Virus record (IMG/VR): IMGVR_UViG_3300036773_000046
Span: 1-64,000 of that record
DNA: 64,000 bases
Origin: a virus
Lineage: Duplodnaviria; Caudoviricetes
Direction: 5' to 3' (one strand)
This document shows, in pieces, positions 16,526 through 26,541 of the stretch; within the stretch, counting starts at the first letter, position 1; every line of letters begins with the position of its first letter. The notes below the pieces were generated by a model that saw nothing but the letters and a program-made list of their open reading frames with translations, was not told where the DNA came from and ran no database searches. Position numbers and translations under genes: made by a program.

Positions 16526-18298
16526 TTAGATGCGCGCCGTCGGGGTGCCGAGGACGTACGCCGAACCACCCGTGGCGCCATTGACGCCAAAGTTAAGGTT
16601 GTAGACGCGCGACTCGTTGCCGACCTTCGCCACCAGGTGGCATTCCTCGGACCACGCGGCGGTGAAGTCGTTCGTCGCGTTGAGGACGGAGTCGCGAACG
16701 ACGCCGAGGTCGAGGGTAAGGCCGTTGCCCTTGATGAACGTACCCGCCGCGTAGACCATGATGCTTGCGGTCGTAGGCCAGGCGATCATCGAGGTGTTCG
16801 GGTTGCCGAACTGACCCGCTCCGCGGAACTGCCAGTCGCCGACCCACTGGACGCGAATGTTACGCGCCGCCAGGTACTGGTCGATTTCGGTATCCGAAAC
16901 CGACAGCGTGTTGCCGAACGCGCGCCACGCGAGGTCCGCCTGGATGAGGTCCTTGACCCAGTACGGCAGCACCGTCTCCAACGGCACCTCGTCCGGGATG
17001 GCGAACTTGGCACGGTAGTCGGTGCAGGCGAGGTCGATGCCGTTCACGACGGTCTGGTATACGGGCGAGCTGCCCGCCGAGCCGAGGCCGGTGGCGACTG
17101 TGGTCGAGAGCGCGACCATCTGGGAGATGATGCGCGCGTTCTGCGCGTGCTGCCACGCGGTGAGGAGCAGACGCAGCGTGTGCGCGGTGGCCTCGGGGTA
17201 CGCGTCATCCGTCAGGTTGCCCGCGGTCAGCGTAATGCCATAGCACTCAAGCCGCTGCTCGGAGAACGACGGGCAGGCGACTCGGATCGTCGGCTTGGTC
17301 GGCGAGCCGGTAACCGCCGCGATGTCGTCGGTCTCCGTCCAGACCCAGGGATCCGAGCCCGAGGTGAACGCGACGGCGAACGGCGCGAGACCCTTCGAGC
17401 CGAAGGCGTCGGCGATGGACGGCGAGACCGGGAACTTCAGGCCGCCGCGACTGATGCCGACGGTGGGAAGGTCGATCAGTCCGTCCACGCCCGAGACGTT
17501 GAAGAAGTCGTACTTGATCTCGGACGGCGCGCACCAGCCGCCACCCGCGACGAGGGACTGCATCTTCTCGGGACGCCGCAGGTAGTTGATGAGCTCGTCC
17601 ATCTGCGCGGGCGACGTGCGGTCGTCCACGGTGTGCTCGAACTCGTTGCGGATCGTGCAGACCAGACGCTCCTGCGGCGCGTTGCGCGTCACGGGCGCCG
17701 ACTTGGCGGCGCGCTGGAACGCCTCGACGATGTCGTCGAGTGAGGTCATGTTTGAGCCACGCGCGACGCCAGGAATGTCGACGCCAGCGGTGACAGCCAG
17801 CTTCTTGTTCTTCGACACGTCCACGGGCGGCGCAGCCTTGCGCGCGTCGGCCAGCGTCGCGAGTCCGCCGTTCCCACGCACCCGACGCTCGCCGGCCGCC
17901 GCGACTAAGGTCTGCGCGACGCCACGTGACGCGGCCTCGGTGATCGCCGCGAGGACCTCGGCCGACAGCTCGCCGGGAACCGCGCCGTTGCCGCCGCCTC
18001 CACCTTCGCCGTCGCTGGGGCCGTGAACACGCTCGCGCAACGCCTCGCGAGTCTCGAGCATGCGCGCACGCTCGGTCTCTGCGGCGAGTTCAGCGCGGGC
18101 GGTGCGCCCGGCCTTCTCGGCGTTGATGCGGTCGATGTCGTTCGCCAGCCGCATTTGGTACTCGAGGCCCTCCGCGGTGACGTTGTCGTCGTTTGACAAC
18201 CGATCGAACTCGGCGGTCGCCCGCTCTTCGACTTCCGCCAGCTCTTCATCACTGATGAGCGTGAGGTCCGCGGGGACCTGAACAATGTCGTCAGCCAT
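16526..18298 (-). CDS. Major capsid (hexamer) protein with N-terminal scaffold-like region
   Basis: AAAGGAG RBS, acidic coiled-coil N-terminus, and the motif LVAGGGWCAPSEIKYD...LPTVGISRGGLKF typical of cluster B-like capsid proteins. Confidence 0.85.
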   Translation of the reverse strand: MADDIVQVPADLTLISDEELAEVEERATAEFDRLSNDDNVTAEGLEYQMRLANDIDRINAEKAGRTARAELAAETERARMLETREALRERVHGPSDGEGGGGGNGAVPGELSAEVLAAITEAASRGVAQTLVAAAGERRVRGNGGLATLADARKAAPPVDVSKNKKLAVTAGVDIPGVARGSNMTSLDDIVEAFQRAAKSAPVTRNAPQERLVCTIRNEFEHTVDDRTSPAQMDELINYLRRPEKMQSLVAGGGWCAPSEIKYDFFNVSGVDGLIDLPTVGISRGGLKFPVSPSIADAFGSKGLAPFAVAFTSGSDPWVWTETDDIAAVTGSPTKPTIRVACPSFSEQRLECYGITLTAGNLTDDAYPEATAHTLRLLLTAWQHAQNARIISQMVALSTTVATGLGSAGSSPVYQTVVNGIDLACTDYRAKFAIPDEVPLETVLPYWVKDLIQADLAWRAFGNTLSVSDTEIDQYLAARNIRVQWVGDWQFRGAGQFGNPNTSMIAWPTTASIMVYAAGTFIKGNGLTLDLGVVRDSVLNATNDFTAAWSEECHLVAKVGNESRVYNLNFGVNGATGGSAYVLGTPTARI

Positions 18299-18386
18299 CT
18301 GACGACTCCTTTCGAGATTGGTTACCCATCAGTGGGGTTCGTAATGAACAGTATCAGGTTCACACGGTGTGTACGGCGTAATCACT

Positions 18387-18476
18387 TCACTTGGCAGGTT
18401 CCGGAGTCTGTACCGGCTCGGGCTGCGGCGGCGGAGCCGGGGGCGCCTGGATCACTGGCTTGTTGCACCCACACAT
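18387..18476 (-). CDS. 29-aa micro-ORF (MCGCNKPVIQAPPAPPPQPEPVQTPEPAK)
   Basis: Translated by hand. GGAGG upstream; fills the gap between the protease and capsid genes. Confidence 0.5.
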   Translation of the reverse strand: MCGCNKPVIQAPPAPPPQPEPVQTPEPAK

Positions 18477-18482
18477 TTTGGC

Positions 18483-20366
18483 TTACACCTCCCTCTTACC
18501 GTGAACACGCTCGATCAACTTGCGCTGCACGGCGCGCATCGCGATCTGCTCGAGCTCTTCCTCAGAAAGTTCAGCCTGCTTGGGCCGCTGCACCGGGACG
18601 ATGCCGGACGCGACGAGCGAACGGATCTCTCCCGAGGCGACGAACGAGCGACTCGACGGTGCCTGGTAGCCGGAGGTATTCACCGTGAGAAGCGCGACCA
18701 TCCGAAGCGCTCCGCCAATGCGCCGCCAGTCGGGAGAGACCTGCCCCGACGCACGCAGTGAGTGCACCCGGGACGCGTGAGCCCACGGCCGGATCGCGCC
18801 CGCGACCCAGATGCCGTGCTTGTCGTTACCTACGACCACGTCGGCGACGCACGCGTCGGTGTTCTCGTAGTGCTCCTTCGCCTTCGACGCGCTCAGGTGA
18901 AGTGCGGCGTGCTCGATTCCCGCGGTGATCTGGCCGACGGCGACGGTGGTGCCGTCGTCCAGCGGAACCTCACCCGTGAGGAAGTACGCGTGAAGATCTT
19001 CGCGCGGCGGCATGACGCACTCGTCCATGTAGCCAAGGTGACACTGCGCCCACGCGGCCGCGTGGCCGTACACACGACCCGCGTCGGTGACCATGATCGG
19101 CACGTACTGTCCGAGCCCAGGGTTGGTGAACCACTCCGCAGGCGGACGCCACACCTGGTCCGTCCAGCTCGACGCGACGATCACCTCGGCTGAAGTCTCG
19201 AAGGGCGGCGGCGTCTGGCCCGCGTCCTCGAGATGCTTCGCCAAGTGATCGTAAGCGAGACGACGATCAGACTCGGAAAGTTCAGAGCCACCACGTCCGC
19301 CGTGAAGCAAGCCAATTCCCGCGGCGCAGGCGGTGACGTTGGCCGCACCCGCGACGCCGTCCTCGCCGACCTCGTGATGCAAGATCCCGAAGACCTCGTG
19401 ATCGACGGTGGCTTCGACGACGCGGCTGGCGTGAACCGCCGAGTCCCAGGTGCCGTCGGACGTTGCGGTCTCGTGCACGTTCGACTTCGCGGCTTCGAGT
19501 GCCATCGCAGATCGCTCATCCTCGGGGATGGGCATGATCTTAGCCTCGACGAACGCGGGAATGTCGCAGAGAGTGGCGGCGCGAACGCGGGCCGAGTGAA
19601 AGATGATCTTGTCTGGCGCCGCGAACAGCATCTTGAACAAGCTGTCCTCGTCGTCTTCCTCACCCTCTTCGGGATCGGCCCACACGTACTCGACGTCGGC
19701 GTCGGTGATGTCGTCGGCATCGATGCTGATTCCCGTGAGCGCACCTGCCTGGTTGCGCCGGTACGCCTCGTGTGACAGGTCGTCGTCGGATCCGCCGAGG
19801 TCGAAGATCCCCTCGGCCATGATCTGGTTCGTGCCGTCGGGTCCGGGCTCGCGGTACACACGCTGTATCGTGCCGACGTTCACGGTCTTGTTCTGCGGCA
19901 CGCCGCCGTGAGAGTCCTCGTATTGCCAGCGCAGCGGCAGTGGCGGGTCCGCCCAGGAAAGCGAGTCGAGCGCGAACTCACGCCCGTCGCCAGTCGGCGT
20001 TCCCTCGACGACGAGGGGCCCGCGCCACATGGGCGCTTCGGTCATGACGGGTGGGGCGTCCATCTCGGTGTCGTCCGCCGCGGCCTTCTTCGCCGCACCC
20101 GGCTTGTTGACCCTCTTACGCTTGTCGGCTGGAGTGCCGGGACTCGGCTTACCGCCGAAGTCTTCTTCGGACTCAGGTGTGAGTAGCTCGGTCATGGTGC
20201 CTCCAGACGTGGTTACCGTACCAAAACGAGAATGCGTGCCAGCAGTGATGACTCCACGACTCCCCAAGTGCAGCTCCGCATCAGGTGTGTAGTCCTTGCG
20301 GAAGAAGAATCCCGGTGTGATCTCTTCCGCATCAGTGGGTGCGTTACGCGGACTCGTCATGGGCAC
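18483..20366 (-). CDS. Capsid maturation (prohead) protease
   Basis: Motifs WRGPLVVEGTPTGDGR, PLPLRWQ..SHGG, GISIDAD, ARVRAATL.DIPAF and GRVYGH.A.W..CH. Located between MuF and the capsid gene. The start is uncertain. Confidence 0.75.
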   Translation of the reverse strand: MPMTSPRNAPTDAEEITPGFFFRKDYTPDAELHLGSRGVITAGTHSRFGTVTTSGGTMTELLTPESEEDFGGKPSPGTPADKRKRVNKPGAAKKAAADDTEMDAPPVMTEAPMWRGPLVVEGTPTGDGREFALDSLSWADPPLPLRWQYEDSHGGVPQNKTVNVGTIQRVYREPGPDGTNQIMAEGIFDLGGSDDDLSHEAYRRNQAGALTGISIDADDITDADVEYVWADPEEGEEDDEDSLFKMLFAAPDKIIFHSARVRAATLCDIPAFVEAKIMPIPEDERSAMALEAAKSNVHETATSDGTWDSAVHASRVVEATVDHEVFGILHHEVGEDGVAGAANVTACAAGIGLLHGGRGGSELSESDRRLAYDHLAKHLEDAGQTPPPFETSAEVIVASSWTDQVWRPPAEWFTNPGLGQYVPIMVTDAGRVYGHAAAWAQCHLGYMDECVMPPREDLHAYFLTGEVPLDDGTTVAVGQITAGIEHAALHLSASKAKEHYENTDACVADVVVGNDKHGIWVAGAIRPWAHASRVHSLRASGQVSPDWRRIGGALRMVALLTVNTSGYQAPSSRSFVASGEIRSLVASGIVPVQRPKQAELSEEELEQIAMRAVQRKLIERVHGKREV

Positions 20367-22102
20367 CTTCCTAAGTCAACGCAAAGCGGAGTGGGATCAA
20401 GACCTAGTTCACGCATGAATGTCTCACCCCACTTGACTACCCAATCAGGTCGTCGTGTGCCACCCATGTTGTAGTTGGCCCACAGCTCAGCATCACGCTC
20501 ACCTGCGGACTCCTTAGCGTAGTCAGATACGTGTAAACCCTGCGGCGCACCTGCGGCACGGGCGGCGCTATTCGCTGCTGATACTGCACGTGAGTACTCG
20601 CGTGATGCAGGAACCCAGCCACCCGCCGGCCGCATGAGGACGTGTCCGAACTCATGCACCAGTGTGTCCTCAATGCCACCCGACCCATGCTGAAGCCAAC
20701 CGGACTTCTCGTCAGCCCTGATGAATTTGTCGATCAGTTCGTTACCATTCACACCTAGGTAGTTACCGTCACGCACGTACGCTATGACTTCGTAGCCTGG
20801 CTTACCGTACATCGCCGAAGCTGCGTTCTCAGCTGATGTAAAGTGATAGCCGAATCGCTCCTCAAGAACCTTATTCAAGTTCAAGATACGCGTGCGATAC
20901 GCCGAGTTGGTGATACCAGCGTACTTCAAGTTCTCGGCGGTCAAGGCATCTGCTCGAAATCCTGCATTACCGCTAAGATCGTATCGTGCGTTCTGTCCAG
21001 GAGATAGTGTGGCAAAGCGATCAGTCACAAGAGATGTATCAGAAGATATCCCTGCGCATGCGCACGGCGATTCAAGTGCAGTCGACTCCGCCGCGGTGTC
21101 ATCGAGAAACTTCTTAGCAGGTGCGGCGACGGGTGGCGGCACGTAACCTTCGGCGGCTGCCTTCTCCGCCGCACGCTTAGCCTTCTGCTTCTCACGGTAA
21201 GCCTTGGCGTACGCGGGGTCGTAACCGGCGAACGTGATCAACGCACTCGCACTTAAGCCAACGCCGACGGGACTTGTGCACCCACACGCCTGCTGAACAA
21301 ACGAGTCCTGGCTGCTGATCGGCTCGCCGGTCTGAACGTCGGTGGTGATCGTGTCATCGTCCGCGATGTCAAAGCCCAGTGTGCAGCGACAGTTAGGCTC
21401 ATCACCCGGGTCGTCGCCCGTGGAGAACACGGAGTCCAGCGGAACCTGCTCGCCGTCAACCTCGGCATGCTCGGGACGAGTGCGGTCATCGTTGACCGCA
21501 ATCCACTCCTTCATGGTCTGCACGTTGGTCAACATCTTCATCTGATCCAACGAGCCCTGGTTCATCGCGTGTCCGGTCTCTGATCGCGCGATCACCTCGG
21601 CGCGCGATCCTGACACGTTCGCCGACTCGACGACACGCTGCCTCAGCGCGGGCAAACCTTCACCCGCCTGAATCCCCTCAAGTAGTTGAGATCGCGCCGC
21701 GCCCCACACGTCGTTGCCGACGCCGACGAGCCGGTTGCGCGCGTTCGCCAGGAAGGTGTCCACCTGCGGGTTGTGCACCTTCGGAATCTTGAAGCTATCG
21801 TCGCCCGCGCCGACGGGTTCGCCCGCGGCCGCGGTGAGGCCGAGGTGCTGCACGATCGCCTCATGCTGGTTGATGCGCGTGATGCCCGACCCAAGGTCGT
21901 AAGACTGCTGCACGAAGTCAATCAGCGAGTCGACTTCGCGGGTCCAGTGACTCTTCACAAGCGTCAGGTCGTCCACCGTCACCACGCCGTGAAGTCCACT
22001 CGCCGTCTTGTCGAGCACGCGGTTGATCGCGTTCCACGCGGCCTCGGTGAAGACGTCCCCCATGAGACCGATGTCGTCCGACGTGGGTCCCTTTAGCTTC
22101 AT
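20357..22102 (-). CDS. MuF-like minor head protein with C-terminal HEXXH metallopeptidase extension
   Basis: MuF motifs RAEVIARSE, KEWIAVND.RTR.EH and PNCRC. C-terminal TLVHEFGH...VSDYA...E.DAE. Confidence 0.8.
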   Translation of the reverse strand: MKLKGPTSDDIGLMGDVFTEAAWNAINRVLDKTASGLHGVVTVDDLTLVKSHWTREVDSLIDFVQQSYDLGSGITRINQHEAIVQHLGLTAAAGEPVGAGDDSFKIPKVHNPQVDTFLANARNRLVGVGNDVWGAARSQLLEGIQAGEGLPALRQRVVESANVSGSRAEVIARSETGHAMNQGSLDQMKMLTNVQTMKEWIAVNDDRTRPEHAEVDGEQVPLDSVFSTGDDPGDEPNCRCTLGFDIADDDTITTDVQTGEPISSQDSFVQQACGCTSPVGVGLSASALITFAGYDPAYAKAYREKQKAKRAAEKAAAEGYVPPPVAAPAKKFLDDTAAESTALESPCACAGISSDTSLVTDRFATLSPGQNARYDLSGNAGFRADALTAENLKYAGITNSAYRTRILNLNKVLEERFGYHFTSAENAASAMYGKPGYEVIAYVRDGNYLGVNGNELIDKFIRADEKSGWLQHGSGGIEDTLVHEFGHVLMRPAGGWVPASREYSRAVSAANSAARAAGAPQGLHVSDYAKESAGERDAELWANYNMGGTRRPDWVVKWGETFMRELGLDPTPLCVDLGRCP

Positions 22103-22104
22103 GA

Positions 22105-23883
22105 CTAGGCCCCACTAATGCCGGCCATTGCGGTGTGATGCTTCTTTGAAGGATGCATGTCCGCCGCGTCACCGTTGTAGATCCGCTCGCCGATCACGGG
22201 GGCACCGGTGGCGTTGAGCCAGCAACGGTACGTGCCCGAGCTCCCGGGCAACGCGCCGACGGCGGGCTTCCACATCGCGTGCGTCATGGGACACGAGAAC
22301 ATGTGATCAACGCAGTCGTGCGGATGCAGGATCGTCCAGCCGTCGAACTCGATCTTAAGACCGTGCGTCAGCGTCGCCTGGTGCGCGAGCTGCTCGGTGA
22401 TGCCGCGCGACTTGGGTGGCTGCACGTCACGCTGCGGCTGAGGTGCCGGCGGGTTCTTATCGGTGGGCGGCGGGTTGTCCGGTGGTGGCTCGGCGGGAGG
22501 ACGCGGCGCGGTGGGTGGCGTGTCGTGTGTCACCTCGAGTCCAAGCTCGTCCATTGCGGCGAACGCGTTCACGGGTTCGGTGGCGGTCTTCAGCAAGATC
22601 ATGCGTCGCAGGTCGTCGTCGCCCGGCTTGTCAAGATCGCTGAACCCAGTCTCACGACGCAGCGCGTCGCCGTTGATCTCCAGCCTGTCGTAGGCGTCCT
22701 TCGCGTTCTCGCTACGGTCGGGACGAAGGATGAGCTCGGATGCGTCGTACCAGACGACCCAATCTTCCGGGTCCTCGCCCGCCGCGTCGAGCATCGGCTT
22801 GAGGTAGCCCGTCGTGAGCGCGTCGCAGATGATCTCGACGTCGGGCGCCACGTGGATCTTCACTCCCTGCTCGTCGATGAGCCAGGCGTTCCAGTGGTTG
22901 ACGTCCTTCGTGCCGAGGAGCGCCTCGGGCGGCATGTCCAGTGAGATCGCCAGTCGAGAGAGCGTGCTGTCACGCTTATTGATGATCTGATCGTCGAGCC
23001 GAAGCGTGAAGTCGATGTGCCGTACCTTATCGACGAACTCACCCGGCACCTTGATCGGGATCGGGATGACCGCAGACGCCGTGCCGGGAGTCTTGATCGC
23101 CTCGGCGGCGATCTCGATCCACTCGGCAACGAACGGATCAGGCTCATCTGCGAACTCAGGACGCACCGGGAAGGTGATCTCGTCGGGGAACACCACGATG
23201 CCTGCCGACGCGAGACGACTCATGTACTGCGCGGCGATGTGCCGGTTGATGAGCTCAAGTTCGCGCAGCAGTGGCCGTGCGGCGCGTGCGGACGAGTCGG
23301 CGACGGCGTGCCAGCGGTGATGCGGACGCCACACGCGTACGACAATGGAGTTGTCTGGAAGATCGCGCCACCTGCCGTACGGCTGCGCCACGGACATAAT
23401 GCTCGGGTCGAACGAGCTGGGCCGCACCTCCTCGATGGAGCGAATGTACCACTTGTTTGTGCCGTCGGGCTGGGTCTCGCCAATGAGGTAGCACTCGCCG
23501 GGTGCGCTGACGTAGACGGCGAACCCGCGCATGAGACTCGACTGGCCGCCGATGCCACCCGCGAGATTGGCGACGATGTCCGCGGCGGGTCCGGTGTCCT
23601 GGCGCTGCGGCTCATCCACGCCCTGGACCTTCTTAGCCGCGACGAGGCGGACGCGAGAAAGCATGTTCGCCTTCCACGTGATGCCCTGACGGAACTCTCC
23701 GAGGGAGTCGTAGAAGTCCCAGACCTCACGCTGCCAAACGTCAGGCGTGCGATACAGGCGACGACGCGGGTCGGTGACGCGATCTTCATCGGCGTTCGCG
23801 CCGGGACCTTGCACGACCTTCGCGTCCGCGGTAAGTGCCTGCGGCACGGTCTTGGTCCTACGACTAAACCACGCCACGGACAC
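22105..23883 (-). CDS. Portal protein
   Basis: 592 aa between terminase and MuF, with WQREVWDFY, RLASAG, LAISLDMPPE.LLG and NHWNAW motifs. Confidence 0.85.
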   Translation of the reverse strand: MSVAWFSRRTKTVPQALTADAKVVQGPGANADEDRVTDPRRRLYRTPDVWQREVWDFYDSLGEFRQGITWKANMLSRVRLVAAKKVQGVDEPQRQDTGPAADIVANLAGGIGGQSSLMRGFAVYVSAPGECYLIGETQPDGTNKWYIRSIEEVRPSSFDPSIMSVAQPYGRWRDLPDNSIVVRVWRPHHRWHAVADSSARAARPLLRELELINRHIAAQYMSRLASAGIVVFPDEITFPVRPEFADEPDPFVAEWIEIAAEAIKTPGTASAVIPIPIKVPGEFVDKVRHIDFTLRLDDQIINKRDSTLSRLAISLDMPPEALLGTKDVNHWNAWLIDEQGVKIHVAPDVEIICDALTTGYLKPMLDAAGEDPEDWVVWYDASELILRPDRSENAKDAYDRLEINGDALRRETGFSDLDKPGDDDLRRMILLKTATEPVNAFAAMDELGLEVTHDTPPTAPRPPAEPPPDNPPPTDKNPPAPQPQRDVQPPKSRGITEQLAHQATLTHGLKIEFDGWTILHPHDCVDHMFSCPMTHAMWKPAVGALPGSSGTYRCWLNATGAPVIGERIYNGDAADMHPSKKHHTAMAGISGA

Positions 23884-23917
23884 CTCCTAGTCGGAGGAAT
23901 CGTATCGCGTCGTTAGG

Positions 23918-24289
23918 CTATGAAGTCACCTTCGCTAGGAACGCTCCTAGACCCCACACCGCAAGCCAGCACAAGATCGGCGCCGGCATACCCCACATCA
24001 GCCACGCGACGAGCACCAAGCCACCCGACACGTACGCCGACGCGCACCAAATGCAGCCAATCAATTCGCCCAGCCACCAGTAATCCTCGACGTAGCCGAA
24101 CCGAATGATGCCGTCTTCGTGCACGTCCACCTCGTGTCGCACGAACGGGCGCGCGTGCTGGATCTTTCGCCGTGACCACGCGATGGGAGGGAACGTGTCG
24201 AAGACGATCAACCGTGTGACGCGAAAGGTCGCGAAGCTGAGGACGACTAGTAAGAGCCAGAGACTCATCGACTGGCGACCTTGCGCCAC
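23918..24289 (-). CDS. DUF1360-like membrane protein
   Basis: Motifs FRVTRLIVFD and ELIGC.WC.S.Y. Confidence 0.65.
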   Translation of the reverse strand: MAQGRQSMSLWLLLVVLSFATFRVTRLIVFDTFPPIAWSRRKIQHARPFVRHEVDVHEDGIIRFGYVEDYWWLGELIGCIWCASAYVSGGLVLVAWLMWGMPAPILCWLAVWGLGAFLAKVTS

Positions 24290-24328
24290 TCCGCCTTTGC
24301 AAGCGCCGCACCCGCGATCTTCAGAGCG

Positions 24329-24550
24329 TCACGGCGTGTTAGTTCCATCATCTTTCTTCTTCCCATCGGTCTTTCCGATTGTCCAGTTGTTGTTCGCAAA
24401 CATTACACCACCGAACGCGATCAGCGCGGACACCGCCGAGGCGATGTACTGATGCAGGGTGATGGGAGTGTTATCGGCGGTCGCCGTGTAGAGAGATCCC
24501 AGGCCGGCGACCAAGAGGGCTACCACTGCCTTCACGTAAGTTAGGTTCAC
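24329..24550 (-). CDS. Putative holin (two TM helices)
   Basis: 73 aa with two hydrophobic helices (KAVVALLVAGL) and a charged C-terminus. Confidence 0.6.
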   Translation of the reverse strand: MNLTYVKAVVALLVAGLGSLYTATADNTPITLHQYIASAVSALIAFGGVMFANNNWTIGKTDGKKKDDGTNTP

Positions 24551-24551
24551 G

Positions 24552-25118
24552 TTACCATCCCGTAGGTAGTCCCGACGTGTTGCCGGGAATGTGATGTCGC
24601 CAGATCCACGTCATCTCCGGTAAGTGAACGATGTGAGCGCCCGCCTTGACGCAACCTAGCGTAAACCGCCAATCCTCCCCACCCACGGTGGCACCTTCGT
24701 CCGGCGCCGTGAACCCGACCTCCTGCGCAAGATCGGTCTTGACTCCAACGATCATGGTGGTGTGCGTCGGTTCATCTGGATTGAACTCGTGTCCGAACAA
24801 CCGAAGCACGTCCAACGAGACCGAGGTGTCGTAGTAGCTGAAGACGTAATCCGCGTCCGTGTCCACCGCGCACTGCAGCAGGTGCGCGGTGTGCTGTGGC
24901 TTGAAGAGGTCGTCGTCGTCGAGGAAGAACGTCCACGTCGTCCGCACGGCGTCCAGCGCGCGCTGTCGCGTCAGCCACGCGCCCTCACGGTTCACGTCCA
25001 TGGCCACCGACACCGCGGTGGCCGGCAGATCTTGGCACCACACCGAATTCAACGCCGCCTGTCGCAGCTCTCGACGTGGCGGAATCGTCGGCATGGCCAC
25101 CGCGTAATCGAACTTCAC
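24552..25118 (-). CDS. GT-A (family 2-like) glycosyltransferase
   Basis: Motifs AMPTIPPR, FFLDDDD, GGEDW and HLPEMTWIW. Confidence 0.85.
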   Translation of the reverse strand: MKFDYAVAMPTIPPRRELRQAALNSVWCQDLPATAVSVAMDVNREGAWLTRQRALDAVRTTWTFFLDDDDLFKPQHTAHLLQCAVDTDADYVFSYYDTSVSLDVLRLFGHEFNPDEPTHTTMIVGVKTDLAQEVGFTAPDEGATVGGEDWRFTLGCVKAGAHIVHLPEMTWIWRHHIPGNTSGLPTGW

Positions 25119-25540
25119 TTGAGCAACTTCGTCACGCACGCCTCGATCTCGGAGAGAGACTGCACGCCGGGTCGGTCTTGACACCCATTGGCATAGATGA
25201 TGATCTGCTCAAGAGTCTTGATCGCGTCCGTGGTGGCCTTCTGGCTTCGTAGGTTGCACGCGTGTCCCGGCGTTGTGCAGTCAATTAAGATCCGCAACGC
25301 CTGCTGAGTCTCCTGCTGACTACGATGAGTGGTTACCTGCTGCGCGCGAATCGCGTTGAGGATGTCACCGTTCTTAGTCTGCTGTGCAATGATCAGCACT
25401 ATCGCGATGGCAAGAACTAGCGCAAGCAGCGCGAAGATCACACTTCGAGTTATGGTGATCCACACGCGCAGCTTCGAGATCTTTTCGTTCTCGACGTCAT
25501 TGCCGTTACCGTTGACGCGTCGGTCGAGTGTTGCGATCAA
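25115..25540 (-). CDS. Single-TM membrane protein (possibly lysis-associated)
   Basis: Long hydrophobic helix followed by a Cys-containing extracellular part. Confidence 0.55.
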   Translation of the reverse strand: MIATLDRRVNGNGNDVENEKISKLRVWITITRSVIFALLALVLAIAIVLIIAQQTKNGDILNAIRAQQVTTHRSQQETQQALRILIDCTTPGHACNLRSQKATTDAIKTLEQIIIYANGCQDRPGVQSLSEIEACVTKLLK

Positions 25541-25916
25541 TCTCAGTCACCTTCTTTTCGATCCGCTCGGCGCGCTCATCGTGCTTCTTAAGTTGAACCA
25601 TGACGTCGCCAATCTCTTTCTTACTCGTCACCACAAGCTCGAGTGCCTCACGCCGGCCACGTTCGGCGTCACGCTCGGCGACGACGCGTAAGATCTCTTT
25701 GTCTTGAAGATCACGCTCAACGATAAGGTCATCTCGAACCGACCGCAGCTGGGTAAGCTGCTCCTTCGCCATCGCCGCGCGAATGATGACGAAAAGACCT
25801 GCGGCGAGTGTGAGGACGCTAAGGGTCGCGAAGATCGCACCCGGTACGGTGACGTAAGACAGGGAGACCGCATCAGTCACTCCCTTCACTGCGGTGAAGC
25901 TCAGCCATGCGATCAT
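25506..25916 (-). CDS. Membrane protein with coiled-coil C-terminus
   Basis: TM segment followed by a charged coiled coil. Confidence 0.55.
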   Translation of the reverse strand: MIAWLSFTAVKGVTDAVSLSYVTVPGAIFATLSVLTLAAGLFVIIRAAMAKEQLTQLRSVRDDLIVERDLQDKEILRVVAERDAERGRREALELVVTSKKEIGDVMVQLKKHDERAERIEKKVTEIDRNTRPTRQR

Positions 25917-26541
25917 GCCCTCTGCCTCCGACGTTTCCTCCCCAGACGTTATAGTTCCAGGTCCTCACGCCGGTAACGTGGTGGAACTTCGCCCCTACGT
26001 TCAAGAGGCGTAGCAGCAAGCCGTAGTCCTCGCAGTCCTGCGACTTACTCGCGTCAAACGCGTAGGGCGCGGGGAATCCACCGACGCGTCTGACGAGCTC
26101 TGTCTTCACCATGTAGGTGACGGGAATGAAGTTACCGAAGGTACGGAGGGAGTGTTCCGCCTGCGCACTCCACGGGACGTTGATCGGCTCAGGAATCAAC
26201 TGCCCATTGATCCAACACGCGAGTGGGTCACGCGACCCAATGAAGTTGGCATACGTGAAGACCATGTCGGCGTGCGACTTGTTCGCACCACGCACTAGCA
26301 CCTTCAAGTGATTGGGACAGAACTCGTCGTCGTCGTCAAGAAACGCAACCCAGTCCGTCATCACCGCCTTGAGAGCGGCGTTGCGAGCCGCGTGCGCGCC
26401 GTGACGTTCGCTGTCGAGCTGCACGACGACGTTGCCCGGCTGCACCCGCTGGGCCGTAACCGACGCGTACGCGCGCCGCAACATCTCCTCGCGACCCTCG
26501 ATGGTCGGAATGAGGACGGTGACGTCGCTGCCCTTGATCAC
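25873..26541 (-). CDS. GT-A (family 2-like) glycosyltransferase
   Basis: Motifs VLIPTI, RNAAL, VAFLDDDD, VGGFP and EDYGLLLRL. Confidence 0.87.
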   Translation of the reverse strand: MIKGSDVTVLIPTIEGREEMLRRAYASVTAQRVQPGNVVVQLDSERHGAHAARNAALKAVMTDWVAFLDDDDEFCPNHLKVLVRGANKSHADMVFTYANFIGSRDPLACWINGQLIPEPINVPWSAQAEHSLRTFGNFIPVTYMVKTELVRRVGGFPAPYAFDASKSQDCEDYGLLLRLLNVGAKFHHVTGVRTWNYNVWGGNVGGRGHDRMAELHRSEGSD

